Shown piece by piece: positions 29,244 through 39,547 of a stretch of DNA of 64,000 bases. The stretch comes from Naegleria gruberi. Lineage: Eukaryota. How positions within the stretch are numbered: position 1 is the first letter of the stretch; every line of letters begins with the position of its first letter. The position numbers and the translations under genes are program-made. The notes beneath the pieces are model-generated. The model saw only the letters and a program-made list of their open reading frames with translations. It searched no databases and was not told where the DNA came from. The stretch is from NCBI GenBank assembly GCA_000004985.1, contig GG738850.1, one strand, 5' to 3'.

Positions 29244-32200
29244 TTAACAAATGAAATTCTTAAAGAAATTGGCTAATTCCTCAGCAAGTGGTCGATCTTC
29301 TGGTTCTTTTGATAACATTCTCATGATAATATCAATGATGTCCTCTCTGATACCTGTGTCTTTCAATTCCTTTCTAATTCTATCAAACACCTTTTCTTCA
29401 CCTTCTCCAAGCAATTGTTGTGTAATTGATGCTTGATTCAAACACTTAAACTTGTCACAAATAATTAAATATAAAGTCACACCAAATGAAAATATATCTG
29501 TTGGATAAGAAGTTTGCTTTCCCAAATATAATTCAGGTGAAACATAATAAAGCGTTCCTGTGAAAGTGTGAGCTGTAGCTGCTTGTTTTGAAACACCAAA
29601 ATCTCCAATGGCAACTGAAATCTTTGAGCTTTCTTCATCAAATTCATCAACCATGATATTATTTGCCTTGATGTCACGATGAATGACTTTTTGATTTCTA
29701 TGTAAATAATCAAGACCTTCACCCACTTGATTAATGATTGAAATTAGTAATTGATCAGAAGGAGGTTTTCCATGTTTAAACAAATGATCCAAATCTCCAC
29801 ATTTGTAATATTTCATTGCAAGACAAATGACTTTTTGCTCACTGGCTTGTAAATATTCATAGGATCTTACAAGATTTGGATGTTGGAAGGACAGACATTT
29901 GGAGAATTCACTGCAAATTGCCATGAAATTGTCTTGTGTGGCTGAAATTGCCTTTACAGCAATCAAATCATTCGTATTGACATCAGCGCACAAATAACAT
30001 ATACCAAATCCACCTCTTCCCAATTCCTTTATAATCTTGTAAGTGTGATCCTTTGAGGAGAAGGTATTGTCATCGTTCTTACTAGATTGTTCGCTACCCT
30101 TACTTGATACAATCGTTGGAGGAGGCATGAATGAATTGTCTTGATTCTGATTCAAAAATGCAGTATACGAAAGCTCTGTATTTTGCATAGAAGATCCATT
30201 ATTACTACTGGTTTGTGTTGACCCGCTCTTTTCATTACTAAGGTAATTGGTATATGAAGGCATTGATGAAAATGTTGATAATTGGCCTTGATTCATAGTA
30301 TTTTCAGAACCGTTACTTGTAAAAGTGACAGTGATTAGCTCTTGATTTTGATTCAACTTGATAGCTTGCTCTTTCTTAGATTGTTCCTCCTTAATCTTTA
30401 CCTGTTCTTCCTTTAATCTTGCTTCTTCTTTCGCCTTTCGTTCCATTTCTTCCTGCTTCCTTGCCTTCTCCTCCCTTAATCTGACTTCATCCTTAATCTT
30501 TCTTTCTTCTTCATCCCTCTTTCTTCTTTCTTTATATTCAAACTCCACATCTTTTCTTATTTTTTCTCTTCGTTTTTCTTCCTCATTCTTTTCTTTTCTT
30601 TCTTCCTGATACTTGGCAAACCTCTTTCTGTACATTGAATTTCCAATATACGCGACAGGAACAAAACAAATAATGATAATGGTCAAAAGACTAAAACCTC
30701 CAATCACCCCACCAATGATAGCAGTCATTTGATTTGATGTACTTTCACCAATAACAGTATCACAATATTGGCCACTGGTGCTAGAATTTCTGCAGGAACA
30801 GATGTTGTTTCCTAGACATTTACCACCACCACTACAAACTGTTGGATCATCTGGAGCTAGGCCTTTACAAGTGAATGTATAATTGCAAAATATGCCAACA
30901 TAACCAACAGTACATGAACACTTATCTTGAGAGAGGCAGGAACCATGGCCAGAGCAAACATTTGCATCCACTGGAATCAATCCACCACAAGTATAATTAT
31001 ATTGACACATGTTTCCAGCATAACCTTGATTACATTTACAGGTGTTGTAAGAAGTGCAATCTCCTTTTCCTGAACAAACACTGGTGTCTTCTGCACTTTT
31101 TTCATAGCAAACCGGTTTACCAATTGATTTGCAAATATTTCCAAATAGAAAGAAACCATTCTCATAATCACAGTATGGTTCAAGAACTCGTATCAAGTAG
31201 TGTTCTGAATCGGTAAAGTATAATTTACCATTTTCACCAACAGTTAGCCCATATGGCTCACCAAGCGTAGCCACAGTGGCATCTGATTGATCTCCATTAA
31301 ATTCAAAATTTGAATTTGCACCACAGCGTCCAGCAATTGTTGAAATAGTTCCATTAACGTCAATCCTTCTAATACAATGATTTCCACTATCTGTGAAATA
31401 AATGAAGGATCCATAATATAAAACATTGGATGGTGAGTTAACTTGAGAAGCATCAACTAAAACACTTGCAACACCATCTTCAATTTGAACAATACGATTA
31501 TTACCCGTATCAGCAATCAAATACTTTGTGTCAGAATAGAAATATAAACCCCTAGGTTCTCTAACTTGCATTGCAAAATTATAGGAAGGATCAGTAACAT
31601 AAAACGTTGCAGAAACATTCATTAAGGTCCCAACAATGGTCACAATTTTGGCTGCATTTAAATTTTGCATATTTCTAATATTTTGCCATTCAGAGTAGTA
31701 CAAATTACTGCCAACCATTGCCAATTTCTTTGGGCTACTCAATTGAGTTGGTAAAGTATTATCAGGACTGCTTGTGTCCATTCCATTGCCAGCAAGAGTT
31801 GAAACAACCCCACTTGTGTACTTTCTAATTCTATTATTCTTGGTGTCTGCAATGTAATAAACTCCTCCCTTAGCTACCCAGACATCACTCGGACTGTCGA
31901 ACAATGCTTCATTTCCATCTCTGAATCCAGACTCCCTATAACTTCCAACCACTAACAACCATCAGCACCATCAAGCAATTATTTAAATTAAGAGTTCCTG
32001 TCTAAATCAAACACATACCAATCTCCACTTCATTCTTTGCCAAATTACATTTACTAATAACATGTCCTTGTTCCTCAGCAAAATACAAAGAACCCGAATA
32101 ATAGAACAATCCTCTGGGTGTGCTAACATATCTTGGAGCATTACAAATTGTTGTTAGTTTATATTTTACATTAGCTATATCATCTGCAATACAAAAATCC

Positions 32201-32286
32201 ATCACCATGACGGCGACGAGGGATATGACAATAAGGAAGGAAAAAATTGCCTTACTGTTTGTGTGGGAGGATCTTGGCGTCCTCAT
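29244..32286 (-). CDS. Receptor-like Ser/Thr protein kinase: signal peptide, NHL-repeat beta-propeller, 3 EGF-like modules, TM, ER/K-rich single alpha helix, S/T/N-rich linker, kinase domain. Two exons, approximately 32286..32019 and 31952..29244.
   Basis: Real ATG at 32286 (MRTPRSSHTNSKAIFSFLIVISLVAVMVMDFCIA). 66-nt intron GTATGT...GTTGTTAG joining EIG|VVGSY in phase. NHL-like repeats (YIADTKNNRIRKY, LIADTGNNRIVQI, YFTDSGNHCIRRI, YFTDSEHYLIRVL). EGF-like Cys patterns (CSGKGDCTSYNTCKCNQGYAGNMCQ x3). TM IIGGVIGGFSLLTIIIICFVPVAYIG. A ~90-aa E/R/K block. Kinase motifs GRGGFGICY, VAVK-like AVKAI, HRDIKANNIMV, DFGVSK, SPE. Confidence 0.75.
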
Positions 32287-32957
32287 ATTGAACAATTTTT
32301 ATCAAGTTTTGTGAAGAAAGTTCATTTTGTAGTTTTTGGAAAAGAAACCAAGACACAAGTTGTTCACCTCAAAACCTATCATTTTTTCATCATCTCATGA
32401 CCTTGTCATGACCGATTAAAATCCATCGAATCATTGTCAGGTTTTGAGATAATGGTGTTGTTAGAAAAAAAATAGTTGTTGTTTCGTTAATTTCTCCACG
32501 ATTAAACAATGGAATCTATTGCAGTGGATTATCTTCTTCCTTTTTTGAGGATATTTACTCCTCAATTCTGTAGCTAGTCACTTGTAAAATGAAGAATCTC
32601 TTACCAATCTAACCAAACAGCAACAGTCCTGTTGTTGCAATCCATCCAGACAACACCAAGATTCAGAGCACCAACATTACAATAGAACATCCACCCAAAC
32701 CCCCTCGACAACAGTTTCACAATTACCATCATTTGATCACTGAAAATACCAAAAAGGTGATTGTCAAGGAACTCGGTAATGTTTCAATAGGTAACAGAAA
32801 CAATTCAATTAAGGAAATCTTTGACTCTAAAGATACCTTAATAAAGCTCAGTGCAATACTATTCGAATGTTCGTCTTACCAAAAAATTTATTTCCAAATT
32901 ATTATGTTGTCTATTTAACGGAATGTATTTAGTGATCAACTTTTGATTACTAATATT

Positions 32958-34241
32958 TTATTCTAAACCTGAAATAATGTACTGAATCTTATCAATCTTA
33001 TTCTGATATTCCTCTTGCATTTTGTTTGACCTATCAAAAAATACCTGTTTCTCATCATTACTCATCCTGTTCCAACAATTTGCAACGATCGTTGCTTGGT
33101 TTGATAATGAAATATTTGGATTTTCTGACACCACCTCCATTCTTTTCTGTTGAGAGAACAACATGTATGGAGAGGGAACTCTTTTCACTGTACGCTTCTT
33201 AAAGAATAGCAAGATTGAGGGCAAGAGTCCACACAGAACCTCTTCAAATGTTTTCCTCTCTGCAGAGGTACTACATGGAGGAAGGAAGATGGAAACTCTG
33301 CTTGAGGTGCTGAAGGAATTATCAATGACATTGAATAGAAATGTGCTTCCCAGACAAACTATTGTGTGAATAGATGAGAGAATGTAAGGTAAACCAGAAT
33401 CATGGAAGATTACAATTCTTCCCGAGTTAATTTTGATGGAATTGGTTAATAATTTGGAAAATTTCAATTTTTTCAAAATGGAATTCAATTTTTCAATTTG
33501 TGATCGAGTTAAAGGTTCCAATAATTTTTCAATAATTTCAAAAAGTGGTACTGTATCAGATGAATTGGTGTGTGGGAAATGGGTTCTCCTTTCCATTAGT
33601 GCAGTAAGTATCAGAAACTTTCGATGAAAATTATTCTTCCAGAGCAGATTAGTTTTGATTCTAATTTCATTTTCAAAACATTTCACACAACTTAGTGCCT
33701 CTAAAGGTTTAACCTCCTCAATACCTTTTTTCCATTGCTCAACATCATTTTCAATAGTTTGTGAAAAATTAAATTTCATCGAGTCAAGCTCTTCAAATTC
33801 ATGACCATTTACATCATTGATGAAAGGAGTAGAAACACAAAACGAATGTTCGAAATAAAACTTGGCAAATTCTGTACCAGATATAAACCGATACCAACCC
33901 TTACAAACCATCATCAAACAAGCACAACTGTTACAATAATTCGGATGAAAAACTTCCATCGGTCTTAAATAGAGGAAAATATTTGCCAATATTAAATCTT
34001 GATCAAACCATTCGCAAGTTATTGTTATTTGATTAGCATTATCAACTTTCTGAAAATCATCATGTTGATCATGATCGGAAGAATTGCCCAAGTTTCGAAT
34101 AATTTCCTTCGTATTTTCACGTTGTTTGGAAATAAAGTTTTGATGAGAGGTGATTTGCTTCTTGTCAAGTGGTTTCGGTAATTGATTCGTAATTTGCTTG
34201 AGAGAATGTGGATGGATTTGGTGGCGATGATTTTGTGACAT
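32958..34241 (-). CDS. HMG-box DNA-binding protein (SOX/MATA-HMG-like box at the C-terminus), ~427 aa
   Basis: C-terminal box KRVPSPYMLFSQQKRMEVVSENPNISLSNQATIVANCWNRMSNDEKQVFFDRSNKMQEEYQ fits the HMG-box consensus (KRP.NAFMLF...R......P.....IS..LG..W..LS..EK.PY...A). The first real ATG is a few codons inside the track ORF. Confidence 0.7.
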   Translation of the reverse strand: MSQNHRHQIHPHSLKQITNQLPKPLDKKQITSHQNFISKQRENTKEIIRNLGNSSDHDQHDDFQKVDNANQITITCEWFDQDLILANIFLYLRPMEVFHPNYCNSCACLMMVCKGWYRFISGTEFAKFYFEHSFCVSTPFINDVNGHEFEELDSMKFNFSQTIENDVEQWKKGIEEVKPLEALSCVKCFENEIRIKTNLLWKNNFHRKFLILTALMERRTHFPHTNSSDTVPLFEIIEKLLEPLTRSQIEKLNSILKKLKFSKLLTNSIKINSGRIVIFHDSGLPYILSSIHTIVCLGSTFLFNVIDNSFSTSSRVSIFLPPCSTSAERKTFEEVLCGLLPSILLFFKKRTVKRVPSPYMLFSQQKRMEVVSENPNISLSNQATIVANCWNRMSNDEKQVFFDRSNKMQEEYQNKIDKIQYIISGLE

Positions 34242-35059
34242 ATTTTTCAACTTTAAATATTCTATTTTCTGATTACAACGATTGAATTTCCATGAAACTC
34301 TTGACTATTATCGCATTGTTAGTGATAGGTTTCCATTGGAATAGTTTCGTTTCTCATTGAACCAGTTACAACATTTTTCAAATTGATTTACAAATTAATG
34401 ATAAACTTTTGGTTCTATTAAAAAGTTTCGAATAAGGTAAATGAGATGGAACTCTTGTAACTCTCCCTTAAAGAAATTTAAAGTTTCGTTCAACCTAATT
34501 GAACTGTACTTCTTGAATGTAAACTTCCAGAATTGAATTCAAATATCAAACGTTCATTTTCTGAACGATTACTTGATCTGCTTAAGGATAAAGCCATACT
34601 ATTTATTTCCTTCTTTCGTCTCTTTTATTAGAAATGGTATTGATGTAAGAAGGTAATTACTCTTAAAAACCTGCAATTTTACACGTTTTTTCATTTAATA
34701 AAAAAGTGCATTTCCTATTCGAAAGGGTTTCCATCTCTGTTCATTTAGACATTTATTGTAAAATTCCAGAATTATGAACCGAAACTTTTAAAGTAAGGAA
34801 GAAAGGAAAAAGACGAAACTCCTCTCGAATTGAACGTTCTAACGAGGTACTTTTTTATACTTCTTTCTTATTGGGACCCCCTGAAATTATCTATCATTCC
34901 AAATGGATCTAATTAGGTTTGTGTGTTTCAACATCTTTTTTCTAAATTGATCCAAACTTCATTCGTTTCGTTTCGAATATTAAAAACTTTCGTTTTAAAT
35001 ATAAACAGACTTTGAATTAAAAAAAGAGAACAAACAGCCACCGTTTCGTGTTTTTAGAA

Positions 35060-35938
35060 ATGAAAAAGTCCAACAGTAAAGCTAATTCTTCATCTTCTTC
35101 TTCAACCATCACCATGATCAATTCAAATATTTCATCTTCTCCTTCAAGTAGTAGCAACAAATCTAGTCAACCAGGAAATAATTTTATAGCTAGACCAATT
35201 TTTAGAGGAGAATTCAAAAATTACAAAGTTGATAAACCAAAAAAGATGAGCAAATCAATTAAATCAAATCAAAGAAAGGAGAAGAAACCAATGGAAACTC
35301 AAGTCAACTTGCAAAAGACAGTTCCGATTACTAATCAAAAGAAGGAATCAATAATGAGCCAACTCACATTCCATGAAAGCTATTCCAAAGATTTGTGTCC
35401 ATTCGGAAAGGTTAAAGTTAAGAATAATCCTGTCAGAAATCATCCCTATGTTCAACAATTTGTTTTGAATACTTGTCAATCTACATCTACAGTAATGGAT
35501 AGTGGAAGTTGCAGTTCATTTTCATCACCATCTAATAGATCTCCTAAATTAACAATTTCAAAAACTCCAATTGAAACTTTACAACCTCCAAAAAAGGAAA
35601 ATTTCATATTTCACTTTAAGGTAAATGAAGGAAATCCACAACAAATAACCAATTTACAAAGATCTTCACCATTCCAAACATCATTCAATTCTTCATCAAG
35701 TTGTTCTTCCATGAGTTCTTCCCAAAATAGCAATAATAGTCAATTGACATTTCCAAATCAAGATACAAGTTGTGTGAATGCAAAGCCAATCATGATGGAA
35801 AGTGCCATTGTGCATGAACCAGAATTAATCATCTTGCCACCTTTCAGACAAGTTGATAAATCAGAGAATATCAAAATTCCTTCCATTAAATATATTGAGA
35901 GCATGATACATCATCCAACAAGAATTCATTCACAATAA
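35060..35938 (+). CDS. S/N-rich low-complexity hypothetical protein (~292 aa)
   Basis: ORF with an ATG at ~35060 (the track starts at a GTG). Poly-S tracts and no domain. Weak. Confidence 0.35.
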   Translation: MKKSNSKANSSSSSSTITMINSNISSSPSSSSNKSSQPGNNFIARPIFRGEFKNYKVDKPKKMSKSIKSNQRKEKKPMETQVNLQKTVPITNQKKESIMSQLTFHESYSKDLCPFGKVKVKNNPVRNHPYVQQFVLNTCQSTSTVMDSGSCSSFSSPSNRSPKLTISKTPIETLQPPKKENFIFHFKVNEGNPQQITNLQRSSPFQTSFNSSSSCSSMSSSQNSNNSQLTFPNQDTSCVNAKPIMMESAIVHEPELIILPPFRQVDKSENIKIPSIKYIESMIHHPTRIHSQ

Positions 35939-36078
35939 ATATTGTCCTTCAAAATTAAACTGTATTATTAAGCCAGAGAAAATCTCTTTGAATGTTCTAA
36001 TCGAAACAAATCCCAAATGTCAGCCAATGTGGAATAGCTTCTAGGTACATTAATTACCTTAACCTTAATCATTCATCA

Positions 36079-36167
36079 GGGTGGTTAGCTCAGCGGTAGA
36101 GCACCGGATTGCAAAGTTAATTGCAGCAGACATCCGATGGTCACGTGTTCGATCCACGTACCACCCT
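36079..36167 (+). tRNA. tRNA-Cys (anticodon GCA) with a ~17-nt intron 3' of the anticodon
   Basis: GGGTGGT-TA-GCTCAGCGGTAGAGC-A-CCGGA-TTGCAA[AGTTAATTGCAGCAGAC]A-TCCGA-TGGTC-ACGTG-TTCGATC-CACGT-ACCACCC-T. The acceptor and T arms are perfect. The anticodon loop TTGCAAA gives GCA. The insert at canonical position 37/38 contains TGC complementary to the anticodon, which is typical of nuclear tRNA introns. An oligo-T terminator follows. One C:A mismatch in the anticodon stem. Confidence 0.7.
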
Positions 36168-36570
36168 ACCTTTTACCTTCTTTTGAGTTATAAGAAATTG
36201 TTAATTCTTCTTTTGAGTGTTCTTTTAACTTGTATTGAAAAAAAGCTCGTTCAAGATAAAGAGTGAATGATCTTCATTAAATTCTTATTGATAAATTAAC
36301 TGTGAGAATGGTATTATTTGGGTTAGCTTGGTGATTAATCAGAAAGGTGGCATTTCATGAATGTTTACAATATTACAAAGACAGTCTCAGAATTCTAAAA
36401 TAGAACTCAAATTGTTGTTTGTTACAAAAGACACTAATCTCTTGATTGGTTCTTCGGTGAGAAAACAAGGATTTTTGTGTCTCTTGGCAGACACAACCTT
36501 TATAAATATCCAACCTTGTAGCATAGCAATTTTAAAAAACAAAGCGAAACCTTTCCATCAATAACAAAGA

Positions 36571-37314
36571 ATGGTAAAATCAGATCAACCTACCGCACCA
36601 ACTGGCACACGTTGTAAAACATGTGTTTGTGGAGAAACAGGGTGCGAACATATCAAGCAATTGAGAAAAATGACTGGTAAAGGGAAACCATATATCAAAA
36701 GCTTTAATGAAAAGATCCAACGTTTAATAACATTAGAAATGAAGGACGAATTTGAGAAGTTTTTAAAGGGAGAATTGACAAAAATCAACTTGGATTCTCT
36801 CAAGCCAAAGACTGGAAAAGAATACGAACTTGGTATTAAAGTTGAATTTTATGATGTCATTGAAGTGAAGTGGAAGAAAACTATTCAAACATGTGACAAC
36901 TCTAACTCAAGTATTGGATCAAGTGCTAATCCACTCCGTTCTCCACAAACAGGTAATGATATCTTAAATTTTTTTGAAGAAGCCAATGAAGACAACATGT
37001 CAGATTCATCAGTCAACCTTGATGAAATGAATGAATCTCAAACAATCCATTCACAGCCTAAATATAAGTGTATGGTAGATACTCCAGAAAGTTTGCAAAT
37101 GATCTGTCTATCTGATATTGAATTGAGAAGCTATTCCAATTTAAAAACACGTTTGAGTGAAAAGTTCTCATGTACTGTTGGTAGCATCTATTTCAAATAT
37201 CAACAGGATCGTAAAAAGTGCCTGTTGGAAGATGATAGAGATTTAATGGATTTATTTAGTCGTGAATTAATAAAGAGTCAAAAGGATTGGGAAAACTTTA
37301 TAATTTCCATTTGA
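36571..37314 (+). CDS. Hypothetical protein (247 aa) with an N-terminal Cys cluster (CKTCVCGETGCEH) and a possible PB1-like C-terminus. It lies between the two tRNA-Cys copies.
   Basis: Real ATG at 36571. The weak C-terminal acidic/basic pattern KYKCMVDTPESLQMICLSDIELRSYSNLKTRLSEKF...YFKYQQDRKKCLLEDDRDLMDLF recalls a PB1 fold. Weak. Confidence 0.4.
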   Translation: MVKSDQPTAPTGTRCKTCVCGETGCEHIKQLRKMTGKGKPYIKSFNEKIQRLITLEMKDEFEKFLKGELTKINLDSLKPKTGKEYELGIKVEFYDVIEVKWKKTIQTCDNSNSSIGSSANPLRSPQTGNDILNFFEEANEDNMSDSSVNLDEMNESQTIHSQPKYKCMVDTPESLQMICLSDIELRSYSNLKTRLSEKFSCTVGSIYFKYQQDRKKCLLEDDRDLMDLFSRELIKSQKDWENFIISI

Positions 37315-37365
37315 TTTTGGATTAAAAATTAATAATTTCTTATAACTCAAAAGAAGGTAAAAGGA

Positions 37366-37454
37366 AGGGTGGTACGTGGATCGAACACGTGACCATCGGA
37401 TGTCTGCTGCAAATATCTTTGCAATCCGGTGCTCTACCGCTGAGCTAACCACCC
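37366..37454 (-). tRNA. tRNA-Cys (anticodon GCA), second intron-containing copy in inverted orientation
   Basis: Its reverse complement is identical to the 36079 copy except in the intron (AGATATTTGCAGCAGAC versus AGTTAATTGCAGCAGAC). Confidence 0.7.
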
Positions 37455-37529
37455 TGTTGTGGTGTTAAGAATTAAGACGATCACTGCAGTACCCTACATA
37501 CTAAGGCTATACAAAACTCCACCATAATA

Positions 37530-38378
37530 ATGAGTGCTTTGTTTTGGGTTGAGTTCAAACAAACTTTACAAAAAAATGAAGCAACACACAATGATGAACA
37601 ATCTAAACAACATTCCAACGAGTTGAGAATGGATCATGACGATGCACTAAAGAGACTCAATGTTCAATCATTAGAAAAGTTAAAAATTGCCAATCAGCAA
37701 CATTCCGATCAGCAAATTAATGATGAAAATTCTTCATCGTTTATGATGGAAATTAATTCTGATCCTCATCAGGACGGAATTAAATTACAAATAATTAAAG
37801 GGAGTATTGTCGATCTGCCAATATATATCGATACTATTGTGAATGCTGCTAATGAAAGTTTGATGGGAGGAGGTGGAATTGATCAAATTATTCATGCTAG
37901 AGCTGGTGATGAGCTCAAATTGGAATGTAAAACTAAATATTCTCCATCTTGTCTGAAAATGAAAGGTTCCATTACCTATGGAAATGATGAATTGGAATAT
38001 AGATGTGCCACTGGAGAGGCTGTCATTACTCAAGCACATAATTTGAGTGAGAAATGTCAATATATTATTCATACAGTTGGACCATATTTGGATGAAAATG
38101 GAAATACTCAACCAGAACTATTATCAAACTGTTACAATTCATGTTTACAGTTAGCTATGGAAAATAATCTGAAATCTATTGCATTTCCTTGCATTAGTAC
38201 TGGATATTATGGTTATCCAATCGAAGAAGCTTGTAGACTAGCTCTAAAAATAGTCAAAAACTTTCTTCATTCACATCTGAATAAGCAATCATCTTTGAGG
38301 CATATCATTTTTGTAATTTTCAATGATTTGGAGTTTGAAATTTACAAAATTTTATTTCAAACCATTTCGTCTTTGTGA
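37530..38378 (+). CDS. Macro domain protein (MacroD/ADP-ribose-binding or -hydrolase type), 282 aa
   Basis: Real ATG. Macro signature IVNAANESLMGGGGIDQIIHARAG...GEAVITQAHNL...IIHTVGPY...SIAFPCISTGYYGYP matches the Macro consensus (NAAN..L.GGGGV..AIH..AG.....G.A..T.......VIHTVGP.....S.AFP.ISTG..G.P). Confidence 0.75.
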   Translation: MSALFWVEFKQTLQKNEATHNDEQSKQHSNELRMDHDDALKRLNVQSLEKLKIANQQHSDQQINDENSSSFMMEINSDPHQDGIKLQIIKGSIVDLPIYIDTIVNAANESLMGGGGIDQIIHARAGDELKLECKTKYSPSCLKMKGSITYGNDELEYRCATGEAVITQAHNLSEKCQYIIHTVGPYLDENGNTQPELLSNCYNSCLQLAMENNLKSIAFPCISTGYYGYPIEEACRLALKIVKNFLHSHLNKQSSLRHIIFVIFNDLEFEIYKILFQTISSL

Positions 38379-38697
38379 ACACACCAAAAACAGTAGCTGA
38401 GCATAACCAAATCAATTTAATTCAGAACAACTTCAAATGTAAGCCACAGATTGACACAGTCAAGTTAGATATTGGCTCAGACGATAAAAAAGAGGATGAA
38501 GAAATCATACTAGAAATAGCAATGTGGATATTTCCAAAAGTTTTTAAGAGAGTTACTTCTGGAATGTATTAAAATCGCTTATCCTGAGCTAGAACATATT
38601 GCCAAGTTCATTGAAAGTATTTCCAGTTTTCTGAAAGGAGGAAAAGGACATCTACCTGTTTGGTAAATTGAGGAGAAGAACAATACTGAATAATAAT

Positions 38698-39258
38698 TTA
38701 CAAATTGCTCAATCGAATTGTTCTAATCTTCTTTGTTTCCTCACTCTTGTTAATGATAATTCTCAAAACACCATTCTCCAATTGAGCTTTAACTTGTTCA
38801 AGGTTTGCTTGTTTTGGGAGATAGATACTCCTTTTGAATGATCCACTATTTCTTTCTCTAACAAGAATCTTGTCCCCACTGTTCTCCTGTTCAACCTTTC
38901 CACTTATTATCAATACCCGAACTTCCTCATCAATATTAATCTTTAAATTTTCCCTTTCCAACCCAGGAACATTACAAATTACTTTAAATTCCTTTGAATT
39001 CTCCACCACACCAAGAGCAGGTTTAAAGTAATGTTTCTCTTCTTGTGGTGTGCCTCCATTGAGAGAAGATGATTTGCTTACTCTCGGATCGAACAAGAGA
39101 AAATCAGAAAACAAGCCAGGAATACCATGAATTAAAATTCTTCTTTTCGGAGATGCTGATGTTCCTGTACTACAATCAGTGTTGTTAGAACAATTCTTTT
39201 CAGGAGTACTCTTGTTATTGTCTTGAGAAAAAGCCTTTCTTTCTTCTGCTTGGGTCAT
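38698..39258 (-). CDS. Small heat-shock protein (HSP20/alpha-crystallin domain), 186 aa
   Basis: Real ATG. The alpha-crystallin domain runs from FKVICNVPGLERENLKINIDEEVRVLIISGK...SGSFKRSIYLP to LENGVLRIII. Confidence 0.75.
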   Translation of the reverse strand: MTQAEERKAFSQDNNKSTPEKNCSNNTDCSTGTSASPKRRILIHGIPGLFSDFLLFDPRVSKSSSLNGGTPQEEKHYFKPALGVVENSKEFKVICNVPGLERENLKINIDEEVRVLIISGKVEQENSGDKILVRERNSGSFKRSIYLPKQANLEQVKAQLENGVLRIIINKSEETKKIRTIRLSNL

Positions 39259-39547
39259 TTCGGTTTTTTTTAATCTTGTGCTTGGAAATTCCGAAACTCT
39301 ATTATGAAGAGAAATGTTGATGTGGAAATGTAGTAACTATCCATCTTTTAACAATTTCCATTAACATTTTAAAAATGTAACGGTTTTCCTACGCGTTTAT
39401 CTTCATATCTTGTTCATCCATCTCCGAAAATAATAATAATATTAAATTCAAAAAGGCTTAAATACATAAATTACAAACTCATATCGCTGCTATTGACTTC
39501 TTCCACTTTAGATAAGAGAATCATCAATAATCAAAGATTAGAAAAAA

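Larger units (their letters stand above)
36079..37454. repeat. Inverted repeat pair (~135 bp arms, approximately 36079..36215 and 37320..37454). Each arm is tRNA-Cys plus ~45 nt of 3' trailer.
   Basis: The arms are identical from the tRNA 5' end through CCTTTTACCTTCTTTTGAGTTATAAGAAATT and diverge upstream. The genes are convergent, with their 3' trailers facing the intervening 1.1-kb segment. Confidence 0.75.

Noticed and set aside
29244-31958. 'M' start of the 904-aa kinase ORF at 31958, and similar M starts at 60443, 50148, 25217 and 10797
   Set aside because: The codons are TTG or GTG, which the track's bacterial start table accepts. The real N-termini are supplied by upstream exons. For the kinase that is ATG 32286 joined through a 66-nt intron.
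36081-36266. Track ORFs of 61 aa (MVSSAVEHRIAKLIAADIRWSRVRSTYHP...) at 36081..36266(+) and the near-identical one at 37267..37452(-)
   Set aside because: They are the two tRNA-Cys genes and their trailers read as protein. The near-identity of the peptides is what exposed the inverted tRNA duplication.
38375-38572. 65-aa ORF abutting the Macro-domain gene in another frame, which could be a possible 3' exon
   Set aside because: I found no phase-compatible splice donor or acceptor; the only GT..AG candidate is 19 nt. The Macro domain is complete without it.
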